Assembly (NCBI GenBank): GCA_964639215.1
Contig: CAZXCV010000001.1
Location: forward strand, 35,168 to 99,167
Origin: an uncultured Staphylococcaceae bacterium
GTDB taxonomy: Bacteria; Bacillota_I; Bacilli_A; RFN20; CAG-826
Direction of reading: 5' to 3'
Length of the DNA stretch: 64,000 nucleotides
The translations under genes were made by a program, and so were the position numbers. Positions 53,633 to 62,642 of this stretch are shown piece by piece; position 1 is the stretch's first letter; each line of letters opens with the position of its first letter. A model generated the notes under the pieces. That model saw only the letters and a program-made list of their open reading frames with translations. It ran no database searches and had not been told where the DNA came from.

Positions 53633-54823
53633 ATGAAAGCAATTCGCACAATCCTCGCCACATTAAGAAATGGCGACCAACAATACAATCTGATGACCGC
53701 TCACGATAAAATCGTCATCGGTGTTTCTGGTGGTAAAGATTCGTTATTACTCGTTTATGCCCTAAACCTCTACCGTAAATTTGCCCATAAGCTATTCACA
53801 ATCCAGCCGGTGATGCTTGACCTCGGTTTTCCAAACTTTGATGCATCGATGACAAAAGCGTATATCGAAAGTCTTGGCTTGACTTTACTCGTTGTTCCAA
53901 GTCGCGATGTCTATCCGATTTTGAAAGCGCAACAAAAAGATTTAGCCCATCTACCATGTTCAATTTGCTCACGTATGAAGAAAGCCGCCATCAATAAAGT
54001 CGCGCAGACACTAGGCTACAATAAAGTGGCCTTCGCCCATCATGCTGATGATGCGATTGAAACATTATTAATGAACCAAATATTTGGGGGAAGATTAGCG
54101 ACGTTCGCTCCAAAAATGCACCTCGAACGTGCTGATATTACATTCATACGGCCGTTTATTCACGTGCGCGAATCAGATATCATTCGAGCGGTTAAGGAGC
54201 TTCAAATACCCGTCTTACCAAGTCCGTGTCCCTCCGATGGAGAAACAACACGCGAAGACATTAAGACATTGCTGCAAGATATTTACCAGCGCTATCCAAC
54301 CGCGAAAACAAATTTTTTAACAATGCTCGCTAATTATGAACAGGCTGACTTGTGGTTTGATGAAATTAACTATCAGATTGAGGGAACGTCACTCGTGATG
54401 CGTCCCGTCCATCGTGCGATTGATGGGATGACAGCTGCTTACATTCGTCAAGTTGTTTTTGTCATGGGTCAAAATGTTCCCGTTGACCTAGAATTCGACG
54501 GTACTGATGATAAGGCACATGGTTTTTTGCTTTTAAAAGATAATGTTCCAATCGGAACAATTCGCTATTTGATTGATGGTCCGCATGACTTTCATATTGG
54601 TCGCGTAGCTATTTTGGAAGCATATCGTAACCATGGTTATGGTTCCGTTATGATGAAGTTTCTCCATCAATATCTTTACGACCGATATAATCCTTTAACG
54701 ATTACGATTCATGCACAAGCGCATCTTAAAGCTTTCTATGAACGCTTCGGTTATCAGGTCAAAGGTGAACAATTTATGGAAGCTGGAATTGCTCATTACA
54801 AAATGGTGGCTACGTTAAAATAA
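53633..54823 (+). CDS. TtcA-like PP-loop ATPase (tRNA 2-thiocytidine synthase family) fused to a C-terminal GNAT acetyltransferase domain
   Basis: N-terminal SGGKDS PP-loop, CSICSR Fe-S Cys pair, and further Cys at PCP. The C-terminal 140 aa carry GNAT motif A (RVAILEAYRNHGYGSVMM). Confidence 0.6.
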   Translation: MKAIRTILATLRNGDQQYNLMTAHDKIVIGVSGGKDSLLLVYALNLYRKFAHKLFTIQPVMLDLGFPNFDASMTKAYIESLGLTLLVVPSRDVYPILKAQQKDLAHLPCSICSRMKKAAINKVAQTLGYNKVAFAHHADDAIETLLMNQIFGGRLATFAPKMHLERADITFIRPFIHVRESDIIRAVKELQIPVLPSPCPSDGETTREDIKTLLQDIYQRYPTAKTNFLTMLANYEQADLWFDEINYQIEGTSLVMRPVHRAIDGMTAAYIRQVVFVMGQNVPVDLEFDGTDDKAHGFLLLKDNVPIGTIRYLIDGPHDFHIGRVAILEAYRNHGYGSVMMKFLHQYLYDRYNPLTITIHAQAHLKAFYERFGYQVKGEQFMEAGIAHYKMVATLK

Positions 54824-54850
54824 AAATAGTAGCGAGTGCTACTATTTCTT
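54824..54850. terminator. hairpin between the convergent TtcA-GNAT gene and rbfA
   Basis: AATAGTAGC-gagt-GCTACTATT, a 9-bp stem. Confidence 0.5.
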
Positions 54851-55192
54851 GTTCAACCAATCTTTTTCACGAGCAAGCGCTGCTTCAACACGAGCCGCTT
54901 TTTCATGTGAGTCATCATAGACAAAGACGATGTCTGGTACTTTATAAATATCAAGGCGTTTTGCTAATTCACTGCGAATAAACCCTTTGCTTCTTGCGAG
55001 CTCTTCCATTCTGGTTTCTTTATTCGTGGCATCAATGAAGCTGACATAAATGCGGGCAAAAGCATGGTCTTGACTGACTTTACCACTCGTGATCGTGACG
55101 AAGCCAAGTTTCGGATTCTTAAGTTCGAATTGAATGATTTCGGTGATGTAGCGCACGATTAAGGCGCTAACGCGATTTTTTCGATGATTCAT
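54842..55192 (-). CDS. rbfA: ribosome-binding factor A
   Basis: 116 aa, KH-like. Confidence 0.9.
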   Translation of the reverse strand: MNHRKNRVSALIVRYITEIIQFELKNPKLGFVTITSGKVSQDHAFARIYVSFIDATNKETRMEELARSKGFIRSELAKRLDIYKVPDIVFVYDDSHEKAARVEAALAREKDWLNKK

Positions 55193-55195
55193 ATA

Positions 55196-57049
55196 TTATT
55201 TCTTTGGGACATCAACTAGTTCATAACCTTCAATGATGTCTTGTTCTTTTTGATCGTTATAATTTTCAAGCATGATGCCACATTCATAACCCATTGCTGC
55301 TTCTTTAACGTCAGCTTGGTAACGTTTCATTGACGAAATCTTGCCTTCATGGATCACGACACCATCACGAATTAACCGAATTGGATTCGTCGCTTTCAAA
55401 TAACCTGAGGTGATCATTGAACCAGCAATCGTTCCAACTTTCGAGACTTTAAAGATTTGCCGTACTTCGGCTTGTCCGGTCACCTTTTCAACTTGTTCGG
55501 GTTTCAGCATACCTTTGCAGGCAGCTTCGATTTCTTCAATTAAGGCATAGATAATCCGGTGTAACCGAATATCGATATGTTCTTCGTCTGCTTTTGTACG
55601 CACCATTGCGCTTGGACGAACGTTGAAGCCATAAATAATAGCGTTACTCGCACTAGCTAAAAGCACATCGCTTTCGGTAATCGCGCCGGTTGAACAGCGG
55701 ATGATATTAAGATTAATACCTTTGACAGTGATTTTTTCTAATGATGATTTAACTGCCTCGGCTGAACCAGTATTATCAGCTTTAATAATCAAATTGAGGT
55801 CTTGAACCTCACCTTTAGAAAAACGAGCATTGAGGTCATCGAGGCTAATCGCCGCGCTTCCTTGACGTGAGGCTTCTTCTTTTTTGATCCGTCGTTTGGT
55901 CGCGATGTCTTTGGCTTGCTTTTCATTATCAAATGCCATGAAGTGATCACCAGCACTCGGAACTTCGCTTAGCCCGATAATCGCGACTGGAGTTGAAGGC
56001 GGTGCGACTTTAACAATTTTTTGATATTCATTCGTCATCCTTCTCACTTTGCCATAGGTACTACCAACAACGACAAAATCCGAATTTTTCAATGTACCGT
56101 TTTGAACGAGAAGCGTTGCTTTCGGACCCTCACCCTTATCGAGTACGGCTTCAAGCACTGTCCCAAGCGCGTAACGGTCTGGATTGGCTTTGAGTTCTAA
56201 TACTTCAGATAGTGTCAAAATGTTTTCAAGTAATTCATCGATCCCACGATTGAATTTTGCGGATGTTTCAAGAAAGATGGTATCGCCTCCGAATTGTTCT
56301 GGAATGACACCAAGTTGCGTTAATTCATCTTTAACGCGTTTAGGATTGGCGCTAGGTTTATCCATTTTATTAATGGCCACGATGATCGGTACTTTTGCCG
56401 CTTTGGCGTGATCGATTGCTTCGCGTGTTTGTGGCATCACCCCATCATCGGCCGCCACGACAAGAATGATAATATCGGTGACTGATGCACCTCGTGAGCG
56501 CATCGCGGTAAACGCCTCGTGACCTGGAGTGTCAATAAATGTAATTTTCTTGCCTTTAAAATCGCGTTGATACGCTCCGATCGCCTGTGAAATACCACCG
56601 AATTCACCAGCAACTAAATTACTGGAGCGAATGGCATCAATTAGTGTCGTTTTGCCATGATCAACGTGACCCATAATCGTCACGACCGGTGGGCGTTCTT
56701 TCAAACTCTTCGGATCATCGACAATATCATATTCTTCGATATTTTCTTCTTCGATGGCTTTTTCCTTTTTGAAATCAAGTCCAAATTGTAAACACACCAT
56801 CCCGACGCACTCATCATCGAGTTTCGAATTAATCGTAATCATCTTGCCATTAAGGAAGAGATATTTCATGATTTCATTGACGGGAATGTTAATTTTTTCT
56901 GATAATTCGCTTAAACCAATCTCACCGTTATAAACGAAAACCCCAGCGCTGACTTTGGCTTTTTCTTGACGGGTAAGCGTGCTACCGACGTTTGTTTGTC
57001 GCGACCGATTCCCCTGATTCTTGTGATTATAGTTTGGTCTATTGGCCAT
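55196..57049 (-). CDS. infB: translation initiation factor IF-2
   Basis: 617 aa with the G domain [10 protein letters not shown] and DTPGH. Confidence 0.95.
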   Translation of the reverse strand: MANRPNYNHKNQGNRSRQTNVGSTLTRQEKAKVSAGVFVYNGEIGLSELSEKINIPVNEIMKYLFLNGKMITINSKLDDECVGMVCLQFGLDFKKEKAIEEENIEEYDIVDDPKSLKERPPVVTIMGHVDHGKTTLIDAIRSSNLVAGEFGGISQAIGAYQRDFKGKKITFIDTPGHEAFTAMRSRGASVTDIIILVVAADDGVMPQTREAIDHAKAAKVPIIVAINKMDKPSANPKRVKDELTQLGVIPEQFGGDTIFLETSAKFNRGIDELLENILTLSEVLELKANPDRYALGTVLEAVLDKGEGPKATLLVQNGTLKNSDFVVVGSTYGKVRRMTNEYQKIVKVAPPSTPVAIIGLSEVPSAGDHFMAFDNEKQAKDIATKRRIKKEEASRQGSAAISLDDLNARFSKGEVQDLNLIIKADNTGSAEAVKSSLEKITVKGINLNIIRCSTGAITESDVLLASASNAIIYGFNVRPSAMVRTKADEEHIDIRLHRIIYALIEEIEAACKGMLKPEQVEKVTGQAEVRQIFKVSKVGTIAGSMITSGYLKATNPIRLIRDGVVIHEGKISSMKRYQADVKEAAMGYECGIMLENYNDQKEQDIIEGYELVDVPKK

Positions 57050-57356
57050 GCTGTGTTTCCTCCAATTCTTGTTTAATTTTAGCGGCTAGATGTTGATCAC
57101 TAATACCAATTACGGCAATTTGTCCTTTGTTGAAGATGGCGGCTAACGAATCTTTATTTCCATAAGTTATCAATGGTATTTGCTTGCTTGATGCACATGT
57201 TTGTACGTTTGCTCGTGTCTTTTCACTGGCATCACTAGCAATGATCAAGAGCTTAACCTTACCAGCATAACCTTTGCTTATGGCCGTTTCTCCAAAGACA
57301 AGACGACCACCTCGACGAGCAAGTCCTAACAGCCCATTAATCCGCGTGTCATTCAT
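57039..57356 (-). CDS. L7Ae-family RNA-binding protein YlxQ
   Basis: 105 aa. nusA-operon synteny. Confidence 0.75.
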   Translation of the reverse strand: MNDTRINGLLGLARRGGRLVFGETAISKGYAGKVKLLIIASDASEKTRANVQTCASSKQIPLITYGNKDSLAAIFNKGQIAVIGISDQHLAAKIKQELEETQHGQ

Positions 57357-57604
57357 AAATAACGGCGTATTTCATCATAGAAAGTCAAGGCAATAACCAT
57401 TTCAAACGCTTTCTCAAACGTCTTCTTTTTGATGGCCAAGTCTAATAACGCCATGTCTTTTTTCATATACGCCCCATGGCCATTAAGTTTCCCAGTCGGA
57501 TCCACTTTCAAAATTCCTTCTGGTGTTTTCACGATGCGCAATAACTCTTTTTTGGGGTAGGACTCACCGCTGACGAGACAGCGGCGCATCGGAATTTTCT
57601 TCAT
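57353..57604 (-). CDS. YlxR/DUF448 RNA-binding protein
   Basis: 83 aa, MRRCLVSGESYPKKELLRIV. Confidence 0.75.
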   Translation of the reverse strand: MKKIPMRRCLVSGESYPKKELLRIVKTPEGILKVDPTGKLNGHGAYMKKDMALLDLAIKKKTFEKAFEMVIALTFYDEIRRYL

Positions 57605-57606
57605 TG

Positions 57607-59202
57607 CTATTCCTCACTATCGTAGTAATCTTCAAATTCCTCAAGATCGATGTCTTCTTCTTCTAATTCGACATCGTCTTTTTCAAATTCTTGCATTTCC
57701 TCTTCGCTATAAATGTCCATGTATGTTGTTGGCATTAAGCTAGGAGCGGCTGGTTTTTCAGCGACATAATCATCTTTCTTTTCGATTCGTTTGAAAGGTT
57801 TACGCTTTGGAGCGACGGCTTTTGTTTGTTCGCGGGCTTTTTCACGTTCGAGTTCTCGTTCGAGATCTTCAAGCGTCTTCGTGGTTCGAATAACAGTTTT
57901 CTTCTCGGGTTGAATTTTGATTTCCGGTTTTGGAGCTTCAATGACTTCTTTGACAACTGGTGTCACGACTTCTTTAACGCTCGACGCACTTATCGTCACA
58001 TCAATGATTTCATCTTTTGGCGTTGGTGGAATGTCATCAATCGCTTTTTGACGTTCGGCTTCGCGACGGGTGATTTCTGCTTCATAGCGACGGATTTCAT
58101 CCTCGCGGCGCATTTCATCAGCAGTCATATATTTCAGTCCTAATGACAACGCTTCATCTTGTTCTTTGATATCGATGTCCCAGCCTGTCAATTTAACGGC
58201 TAGCCGGGCATTAACGCCACGTTTACCAATCGCCAATGACGATTGACCGTTCGCGACAACAGTCACCGCTGCGTGTTTATCATGATTGAGAATTACTCCT
58301 AATACCTGTGCAGGTTTCAGTGCTTCCATCACAAAAATACCGGGAATATCGTTATAGGTGATAATGTCGATTTTTTCTTTTTCTTTCGAGGAACCTAATT
58401 GACTGACAATTTTTTGAATTCGGGTACCATTCGGACCAATACAGGCGCCGGCGGGATCAACGTTGGGGTCGAGTGAATAGACGGCGACTTTGCTACGCTC
58501 ACCAGCTTCTCGTGCGATATTTTTAATGACGACTGTACCATCGTATATTTCATGAATTTCTTCTTCGAATAATCGTCGTAAAAATCCGGCATCAGTGCGA
58601 CTCACGGCAATTTGAGCACCTTTGTTCGTCGAGACAACGTCGACGACATATAGTTTGATACGTTCGCCGACTTTGAACTGTTCCCCAGGAATGCGATGAG
58701 AAGCGGGTAAATATACCGAGGTACGGCCAATATTGACAATCGCTGATCGTTCATCGACTTTTTCGACGATACCCATGATCATTTCACCGATTTTGTCTTT
58801 ATAAACTTCATATAGCGCGGCTTTTTCAGCTTCGGCTAGTTTTTGTCGTAAGATGTTTTTAACATTAATCGCGGCCAGCTTCGTTAAGTCATCAGGTGAA
58901 GCGGCAATTTGATAAACATCGCCAACCTTGAGTTCTAAACCCAGACGTTTGACATCTTCGATGCTGATTTCTAAAAAATCATCGACGACTTCTTCGACGA
59001 CGTTTTTGAGTTGATACATCGAAATTTTGCCTTTATCGGGATCAATATCGACACGAACGAGGGCGTCATCGTTAGCCCCAAGTTGTTTGCGATAAGCTTT
59101 CTCCATCGCTTCCTTGAGTGCGGATACGATTGAAAGTTTGCTAATCCCTTTTGATTGTTCGAGTTCTTCTAACGCGAGAACGAATTCTTTTTCGTTAATC
59201 AT
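57607..59202 (-). CDS. nusA: transcription termination/antitermination factor NusA (with an acidic C-terminal extension)
   Basis: 531 aa with S1 and KH domains and an acidic tail. Confidence 0.95.
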   Translation of the reverse strand: MINEKEFVLALEELEQSKGISKLSIVSALKEAMEKAYRKQLGANDDALVRVDIDPDKGKISMYQLKNVVEEVVDDFLEISIEDVKRLGLELKVGDVYQIAASPDDLTKLAAINVKNILRQKLAEAEKAALYEVYKDKIGEMIMGIVEKVDERSAIVNIGRTSVYLPASHRIPGEQFKVGERIKLYVVDVVSTNKGAQIAVSRTDAGFLRRLFEEEIHEIYDGTVVIKNIAREAGERSKVAVYSLDPNVDPAGACIGPNGTRIQKIVSQLGSSKEKEKIDIITYNDIPGIFVMEALKPAQVLGVILNHDKHAAVTVVANGQSSLAIGKRGVNARLAVKLTGWDIDIKEQDEALSLGLKYMTADEMRREDEIRRYEAEITRREAERQKAIDDIPPTPKDEIIDVTISASSVKEVVTPVVKEVIEAPKPEIKIQPEKKTVIRTTKTLEDLERELEREKAREQTKAVAPKRKPFKRIEKKDDYVAEKPAAPSLMPTTYMDIYSEEEMQEFEKDDVELEEEDIDLEEFEDYYDSEE

Positions 59203-59211
59203 GACAGGCTC

Positions 59212-59676
59212 CTAAAATTTTATGGCTTCGCGGATGTTATCGATGTCCGCAATCGAGATTTCGGTTGTATATTTTTTTCCTTTGATGAGACCACTCAGCG
59301 TGATGGTTGTGGGGCTGAATGCTAGAAGATTGGCTTGCAAGACATTTTCAGTGCGCCATGGCTTTCGTAAGTGGACGGCAATGTAGCTACCAATGTATTC
59401 ATTAAGTTGCTCAATGCTAATGTCTTTCTCAATCCCCGCACTACTGACATCGAGCACATAATGATGTTTGATGATGTCGTTCATATCGAGTAATGGGGAT
59501 ATTAATTCGGTCGCCTTGACAATAAAGTCAAGATCAACCGGTCCATCGCTTCGCGAGAGTGCAACATGGAGGACGTGTGTGCCATGTTCGAGCTTTAGAG
59601 TCACCGCGCTAATCGTTGCATTAATCGTAGCAAGCGGTGGTTTCAGCAATGTTTCAATTTCAGTTAATAGCTGCAT
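59212..59676 (-). CDS. rimP: ribosome maturation factor RimP
   Basis: ATG 59676 with a GGGAGA RBS. It is the first gene of the nusA operon. Confidence 0.8.
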   Translation of the reverse strand: MQLLTEIETLLKPPLATINATISAVTLKLEHGTHVLHVALSRSDGPVDLDFIVKATELISPLLDMNDIIKHHYVLDVSSAGIEKDISIEQLNEYIGSYIAVHLRKPWRTENVLQANLLAFSPTTITLSGLIKGKKYTTEISIADIDNIREAIKF

Positions 59677-59698
59677 TGGTTCTCCCTTCAAAAGACAA

Positions 59699-59720
59699 AG
59701 AGTGGATCACGACCCACTCT
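59699..59720 (-). terminator. hairpin downstream of the DUF2130 gene (possible terminator)
   Basis: AGAGTGG-atcacgac-CCACTCT, a 7-bp stem followed on the minus strand by a T-rich tract. Confidence 0.4.
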
Positions 59721-59810
59721 TGCAAGAGCTAAATACTTGGTTTCAATACAAGTGATATTTAAACCTTCAATACAATACTATGTACATAAGTAAAAATCAA
59801 GTAATTATCA

Positions 59811-61091
59811 TTACTTTGCTGTTTCGTGTCGCTCAATCCGTTTCGTAATTATTTGAATCGAAAAATTGTTGATTTTATTAATCACGGTTTCGAGGTGTGT
59901 CGTTGTAATTATGTTAGTTGCTTGTAAAATCGCGTTAGCGTCACTAGCAATCTTCATCGCCTTATCCTTTATCATTTCCAGTTGCTTGGCAATGTTTTTT
60001 AACGAGTTTTCAAGTAGATTGTCTTTAAACTCCCTAAAATCATCAAGAATCATCTGCGCATCTTTAAATGAGATTTTTTCTAATTCTCGTTTGGTAACCA
60101 GTTCTGAATATTTAAGACCAATAGATTCAATAATGCCGAGTAATGTTATGAAGTAAGCCGGGCGGACAACAAGCATATTATCATAGTCAGGGACGATGAA
60201 AATCGGAGCATCAGCTTCGGTGTTATATTCCAACTCACTAATGAGAATGGCGTACTCAAGTCCCTTGCGCCGCCGATCTTCGTCGAGTTTTTTATAATGG
60301 TCTTGATTGCGTTTTTTATGCTCGGATTCGAGTGCTTCGCTTTTCATTTCGATCATCGCACTCGTCAATAATGTTTTGGGTTCCTTAATAGAATATACTT
60401 TAAAAATATAATCGCCTTTTGTACCCTTTGTTTCGCCTTGGAGACGCATCACTTCATTGTCTTTTTCAAAGGTACTTGTTTTAAAACCGAAAATACTTAC
60501 GGTTTTGAATTGTTCATAGCACCAACCTTCGAGATCTTCACCGATTTTCTTGACATTACGCATCGCCCGTTCACGTCTTAACACTTCAAGTTCAGCGACA
60601 AGATTATCCGTTTTTAGTAGTTGTTCTTTTTCTAGTTTCACCAAGTCTAGCTCATGGGTTTTAACATGATATTCGAGTTGGAGGCGATGTTCGCCTTCAT
60701 TCTGATCAAGCTGATGTTTGAGCTCAGCTATCTGATGTTCTTTAACATCAATTTCATGGCGCATCGCTAATTCCGCCTCTTGCTTAGCAATGGTGATCGC
60801 TGCTTCTTTATTCGCTTGTAGTGCTGCTAACTGCTCTTTAAGTGTTTGGGTTTCTAGTGTTAACGCATTCTTCACCCGAGTTATTTCGAGTTCATGTTCC
60901 ATTTCGAGATGTTTCGCTTGCATCTCAAAATATGTAGTATAAGCGGTATCAGTCCCACGCTTAATCGCCTCGAGAATCGGGTTTTGATCGATTGTCATCA
61001 GGTTTGTTAAATCGATGATATCCCCTATTTGGCCAGATTCTTCAAGCATTAATGTGGTTTTGTCTTTGACGATGACTTTGAGTTTTTTCAT
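59811..61091 (-). CDS. DUF2130-like coiled-coil protein with a possible C-terminal PD-(D/E)xK nuclease motif (RmuC-like architecture)
   Basis: 426 aa with a long heptad-like central region (KEQLAALQANKEAAITIAKQEAELAMRHEIDVKEHQIAELKHQL...). Near the C-terminus, GDYIFKV...AMIEMKSE gives a D...E.K pattern. Confidence 0.45.
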   Translation of the reverse strand: MKKLKVIVKDKTTLMLEESGQIGDIIDLTNLMTIDQNPILEAIKRGTDTAYTTYFEMQAKHLEMEHELEITRVKNALTLETQTLKEQLAALQANKEAAITIAKQEAELAMRHEIDVKEHQIAELKHQLDQNEGEHRLQLEYHVKTHELDLVKLEKEQLLKTDNLVAELEVLRRERAMRNVKKIGEDLEGWCYEQFKTVSIFGFKTSTFEKDNEVMRLQGETKGTKGDYIFKVYSIKEPKTLLTSAMIEMKSEALESEHKKRNQDHYKKLDEDRRRKGLEYAILISELEYNTEADAPIFIVPDYDNMLVVRPAYFITLLGIIESIGLKYSELVTKRELEKISFKDAQMILDDFREFKDNLLENSLKNIAKQLEMIKDKAMKIASDANAILQATNIITTTHLETVINKINNFSIQIITKRIERHETAK

Positions 61092-61212
61092 ATTATGACC
61101 ACTACCTTACTGCTTAAGTTTATCATCCTTAACGTTTCATTGATGAATCAAATCATGTTTGTGGCTATAAAAACAAAATAACACCGTTAGAGGCGCTGTT
61201 CAATATAGCTTG

Positions 61213-61223
61213 GTGCCTCCTTA
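61213..61223 (-). repeat. 11-bp direct repeat of the tRNA-Thr 3' end (att-like)
   Basis: TGGTGCCTCCT at 61213-61223 is identical to 62473-62483. The second copy is the CCA, discriminator and 3' acceptor strand of the tRNA, and both are in the same orientation. Confidence 0.45.
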
Positions 61224-61373
61224 TGGAATTATCTGTAGTAATGATAGAAAGTGGTAGAAAATATTAAATGCTGATAAAAACAGATAAATAAAGAAGTCAA
61301 AAACATTTGAGAAATATATTCTGATATATGGTGTTTAATACCATTGAAACTTATTAAATTTAATCGACCAATT

Positions 61374-61706
61374 TTAAACACCTAATAAAACTTTAATCTC
61401 AAATCCCACCACTCCATATTTGATAATATCTTCTTTGCTATAGTAGACAAGCATATCATCTGGATTAGCTTCTTCGTTTTCTAAATAGCCGATAGACATC
61501 TTGTTGTGATGTTGATAAAGTCCTTCAAAATCTTGATATTCATATTTTGCCAAAACGGAACAAGCAATCTTTTCGCCTGTTTTGTTGTTGGTAAATTCAA
61601 TAGTGTCACCAATTTTTATGAGCTTTTTGCTTTCTTTGTTAAGTCTCATCTCAATTGTTTTTGATCCACTTACAATCATAGCGAATGGTTCAGGGCACAA
61701 ATTCAT
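61374..61706 (-). CDS. ASCH-domain (PUA-like) protein
   Basis: ATG 61706. MNLCPEPFAMIVSGSKTIEMRL matches the ASCH GxKxxExR signature, and the size (about 111 aa) matches the YqfB-like class. Confidence 0.65.
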   Translation of the reverse strand: MNLCPEPFAMIVSGSKTIEMRLNKESKKLIKIGDTIEFTNNKTGEKIACSVLAKYEYQDFEGLYQHHNKMSIGYLENEEANPDDMLVYYSKEDIIKYGVVGFEIKVLLGV

Positions 61707-61719
61707 TTGATGTTTCAAA

Positions 61720-62409
61720 CTATTCCTCTTCTTCGTAATAATAAGAATAGTCAATTCCTTTTAGGAATAATTCCCTATTATCAATCTCATCAGTTAGTGC
61801 GAATTTTAATAAATCATGAATTTTTAAGGAACTAACAGGACTTTCTCTCATCGCGTTTAAATAATCGTTTTTATCAATATTTGACCAATCAACGCATTTG
61901 CCTATCCTATTAATGAATAATAAATCTAACCATATTCTAGTTGCTCTGCCACTCCCTTCCATAAAAGGATGCGAAATATTCATTTCGACATATTTATTCA
62001 CTATTTTGTCAAATGTTGAATCAGGCATCTTATCTATATCTTTCAAAATTTGTGGTAGGAAATCACCATTAGCAAAAACGACTCCGCCTTTTGAAATAGT
62101 TTTGGTGCGGATTCTCCCCGCGAAAGGGTATAAACCTTCAAATAGATAACCATGAATTTTTAGCAAAGCAATTGTTTTACTAATTTCATTATTTTCAATC
62201 AAAGAAGTTTGATAAAAATCATAAGCTTTCTTTTTGCTTTGTTCATCAATAGAATCAAGCATTCCTTGAATCCAATATCGAATTTGCTTTTTATACTTTG
62301 AAGGAATAATCGTTAATAGTAATCTGACACCATTCTCATTAATAACATCTGAAAGATATTTTTTTCCATCATTGGAATATAGTTTCTGTTGTCCACAAAA
62401 TTGGGACAA
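61720..62409 (-). CDS. fic: Fic-family protein (Fido, COG2184-like); intact active-site motif
   Basis: ISHPFMEGSGRATRIWLDLLF matches HPFx(D/E)GNGRxxR, and the core aligns with E. coli Fic (HPFRVGSGLAQRIFFEQL). The N-terminal TSLIEN resembles the class-II inhibitory helix motif (S/T)xxxE(G/N). The gene is AT-rich. Confidence 0.8.
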   Translation of the reverse strand: MSQFCGQQKLYSNDGKKYLSDVINENGVRLLLTIIPSKYKKQIRYWIQGMLDSIDEQSKKKAYDFYQTSLIENNEISKTIALLKIHGYLFEGLYPFAGRIRTKTISKGGVVFANGDFLPQILKDIDKMPDSTFDKIVNKYVEMNISHPFMEGSGRATRIWLDLLFINRIGKCVDWSNIDKNDYLNAMRESPVSSLKIHDLLKFALTDEIDNRELFLKGIDYSYYYEEEE

Positions 62410-62472
62410 CTAAAAAACCCCTTTAATTGTAACCACTATTTGGTCCAATATTTGGGGGTAACTTCAAAGAGC

Positions 62473-62546
62473 TGGTGCCTCCTGCCAGAATCGAACTAGC
62501 AACTAATCCTTACCATGGATTTGTTATACCACTTAACTAAGGAGGC
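62473..62546 (-). tRNA. tRNA-Thr (anticodon GGU), CCA encoded
   Basis: A manual cloverleaf fold works. The acceptor stem is GCCTCCT/AGGAGGC, the D arm GTTA-AGTGGTA-TAAC, and the anticodon arm AATCC-AT GGT AA-GGATT. The T arm is GCTAG-TTCGATT-CTGGC, with an A discriminator and CCA. Confidence 0.85.
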
Positions 62547-62558
62547 TGACGCTTATAA

Positions 62559-62588
62559 ATATTATTATATGGTCACGTTCTTTGTCAA
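62559..62588 (-). promoter_or_regulatory. candidate sigma-A promoter of tRNA-Thr
   Basis: Minus strand: TTGACA at 62583-62588, an 18 nt spacer, then TAATAT, with the predicted start a few nt upstream of the tRNA 5' end. Confidence 0.4.
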
Positions 62589-62642
62589 ACGATAAATTGT
62601 GATTAATGTTCTTAATCACTTTGTAACTCGATGTATCTACTT

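Noticed and set aside
57735-58592. Internal ORFs within nusA on both strands
   Set aside because: They overlap the confidently assigned nusA frame and have no independent support.
61140-61235. Possible promoter or hairpin (GAGGC...GCCTC) upstream of the DUF2130 gene
   Set aside because: It is only a 5-bp stem with a 20-nt loop. It overlaps the att-like repeat, and I have treated that repeat as the more meaningful signal.
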